Positions 24,007-24,426 of a DNA stretch of 24,426 bases are shown in pieces. The position numbers were made by a program, and so were the translations under genes. The stretch's first letter is position 1. Each line of letters starts with the position of its first letter. A model generated the notes under the pieces. The model was given only the letters and a program-made list of their open reading frames with translations. It did not search any database and was not told the DNA's origin. The stretch covers positions 1-24,426 of IMG/VR virus record IMGVR_UViG_3300008952_000290, one strand, 5' to 3'. The stretch comes from a virus (taxonomy: Duplodnaviria; Caudoviricetes).

Positions 24007-24426
24007 TGCCGGTACTTTTGCACCGCTTTGACAACTTGGAGCAGCGAGGAGATATCGCGCAGGCGAGGACAGAATTCGCACCATTTGCGGGCAACCTTGA
24101 GACTGATGACGGGTTGATCTCGCTGGTGGAATTGTCACTGTTCACGGATCGTCGTGCGCCGCCGGGTGTAGATTTGCCAGGTGGGCCGCTCGATCTGCGC
24201 GGCTGGTGGGGCGATCAGTTTTGGGGCGAGAGTTTTGATCTCCCACAGTATCAGATCGGATCTCTGATCTGGACACTGGAAAGATCCAAAAACAGATCGG
24301 CAACGCTGGCGCTTTTGCGAGACTACGCAGCTGATGCGGTGTCATGGATGGTTGGAGTTGGCCTTATTGATCGAGCCGTAGCAATTGCTGAGCGCGTAGA
24401 TCGCAATACTGCAGCGTTTGGCCTGG
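24003..24426 (+). CDS. Baseplate protein, Mu gp46-like (truncated by the window end; absent from the ORF track)
   Basis: Manual translation gives MMPVLLHRFDNLEQRGD...LETDDGLISLVELSLFTDRRA...DLRGWWGD...IGSLIWTLER. ATGA overlap with gp45. Confidence 0.92.
   Translation, partial: MMPVLLHRFDNLEQRGDIAQARTEFAPFAGNLETDDGLISLVELSLFTDRRAPPGVDLPGGPLDLRGWWGDQFWGESFDLPQYQIGSLIWTLERSKNRSATLALLRDYAADAVSWMVGVGLIDRAVAIAERVDRNTAAFGL

Larger units (their letters stand above)
1..24426 (+). mobile_element. Segment of a tailed phage/prophage with Mu-like head and contractile-tail genes
   Basis: Co-oriented, tightly packed ORFs in Mu-like order (TerL, portal, F, I, T, 36, G, 37, L, M, chaperone, TMP, N, P, 45, 46). 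No host housekeeping genes. Boundaries lie outside the window. Confidence 0.95.

Noticed and set aside
1-24426. Calling the element a transposable (Mu-type) phage or a tailocin
   Set aside because: No MuA/MuB, Mor/C or genome ends are in the window, so transposition is unsupported. The presence of head and packaging genes rules out a tailocin.

Overview
This GC-rich (roughly 60% by eye) window is part of a tailed phage or prophage, with essentially all credible genes on the + strand. Positions ~7.6-24.4 kb hold a Mu-like head and contractile-tail module: TerL, portal, gpF-like, protease/scaffold, capsid, gp36/gpG/gp37-like, sheath, tube, a chaperone with a GGGAAAG frameshift, tape measure, gpN, gpP, gp45 and the start of gp46. 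Positions 4.0-7.6 kb hold fibre/adhesin-like genes inserted between a probable small terminase and TerL. The first 2.7 kb is the most unusual part. It is an array of small unrelated genes. Four sit behind copies of a ~90-110 bp repeat carrying a sigma70-like promoter placed for leaderless translation, an invariant 23-bp block and operator-like palindromes; in three copies the repeat also includes the first five codons (METTQ). A second, 29-bp hairpin repeat follows three stop codons and may switch structure onto the next RBS. The array ends in an XRE-type HTH gene. Other oddities are a portal with a C-terminal excisionase-like HTH, a candidate -1 frameshift from portal into gpF, leaderless-type late promoters, a TIM-barrel hydrolase inside the head genes, and an apparent excess of CGATCG. 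No transposase, integrase, tRNA, rRNA or CRISPR array is visible. All protein calls come from motif recognition and synteny by eye, not from database searches.
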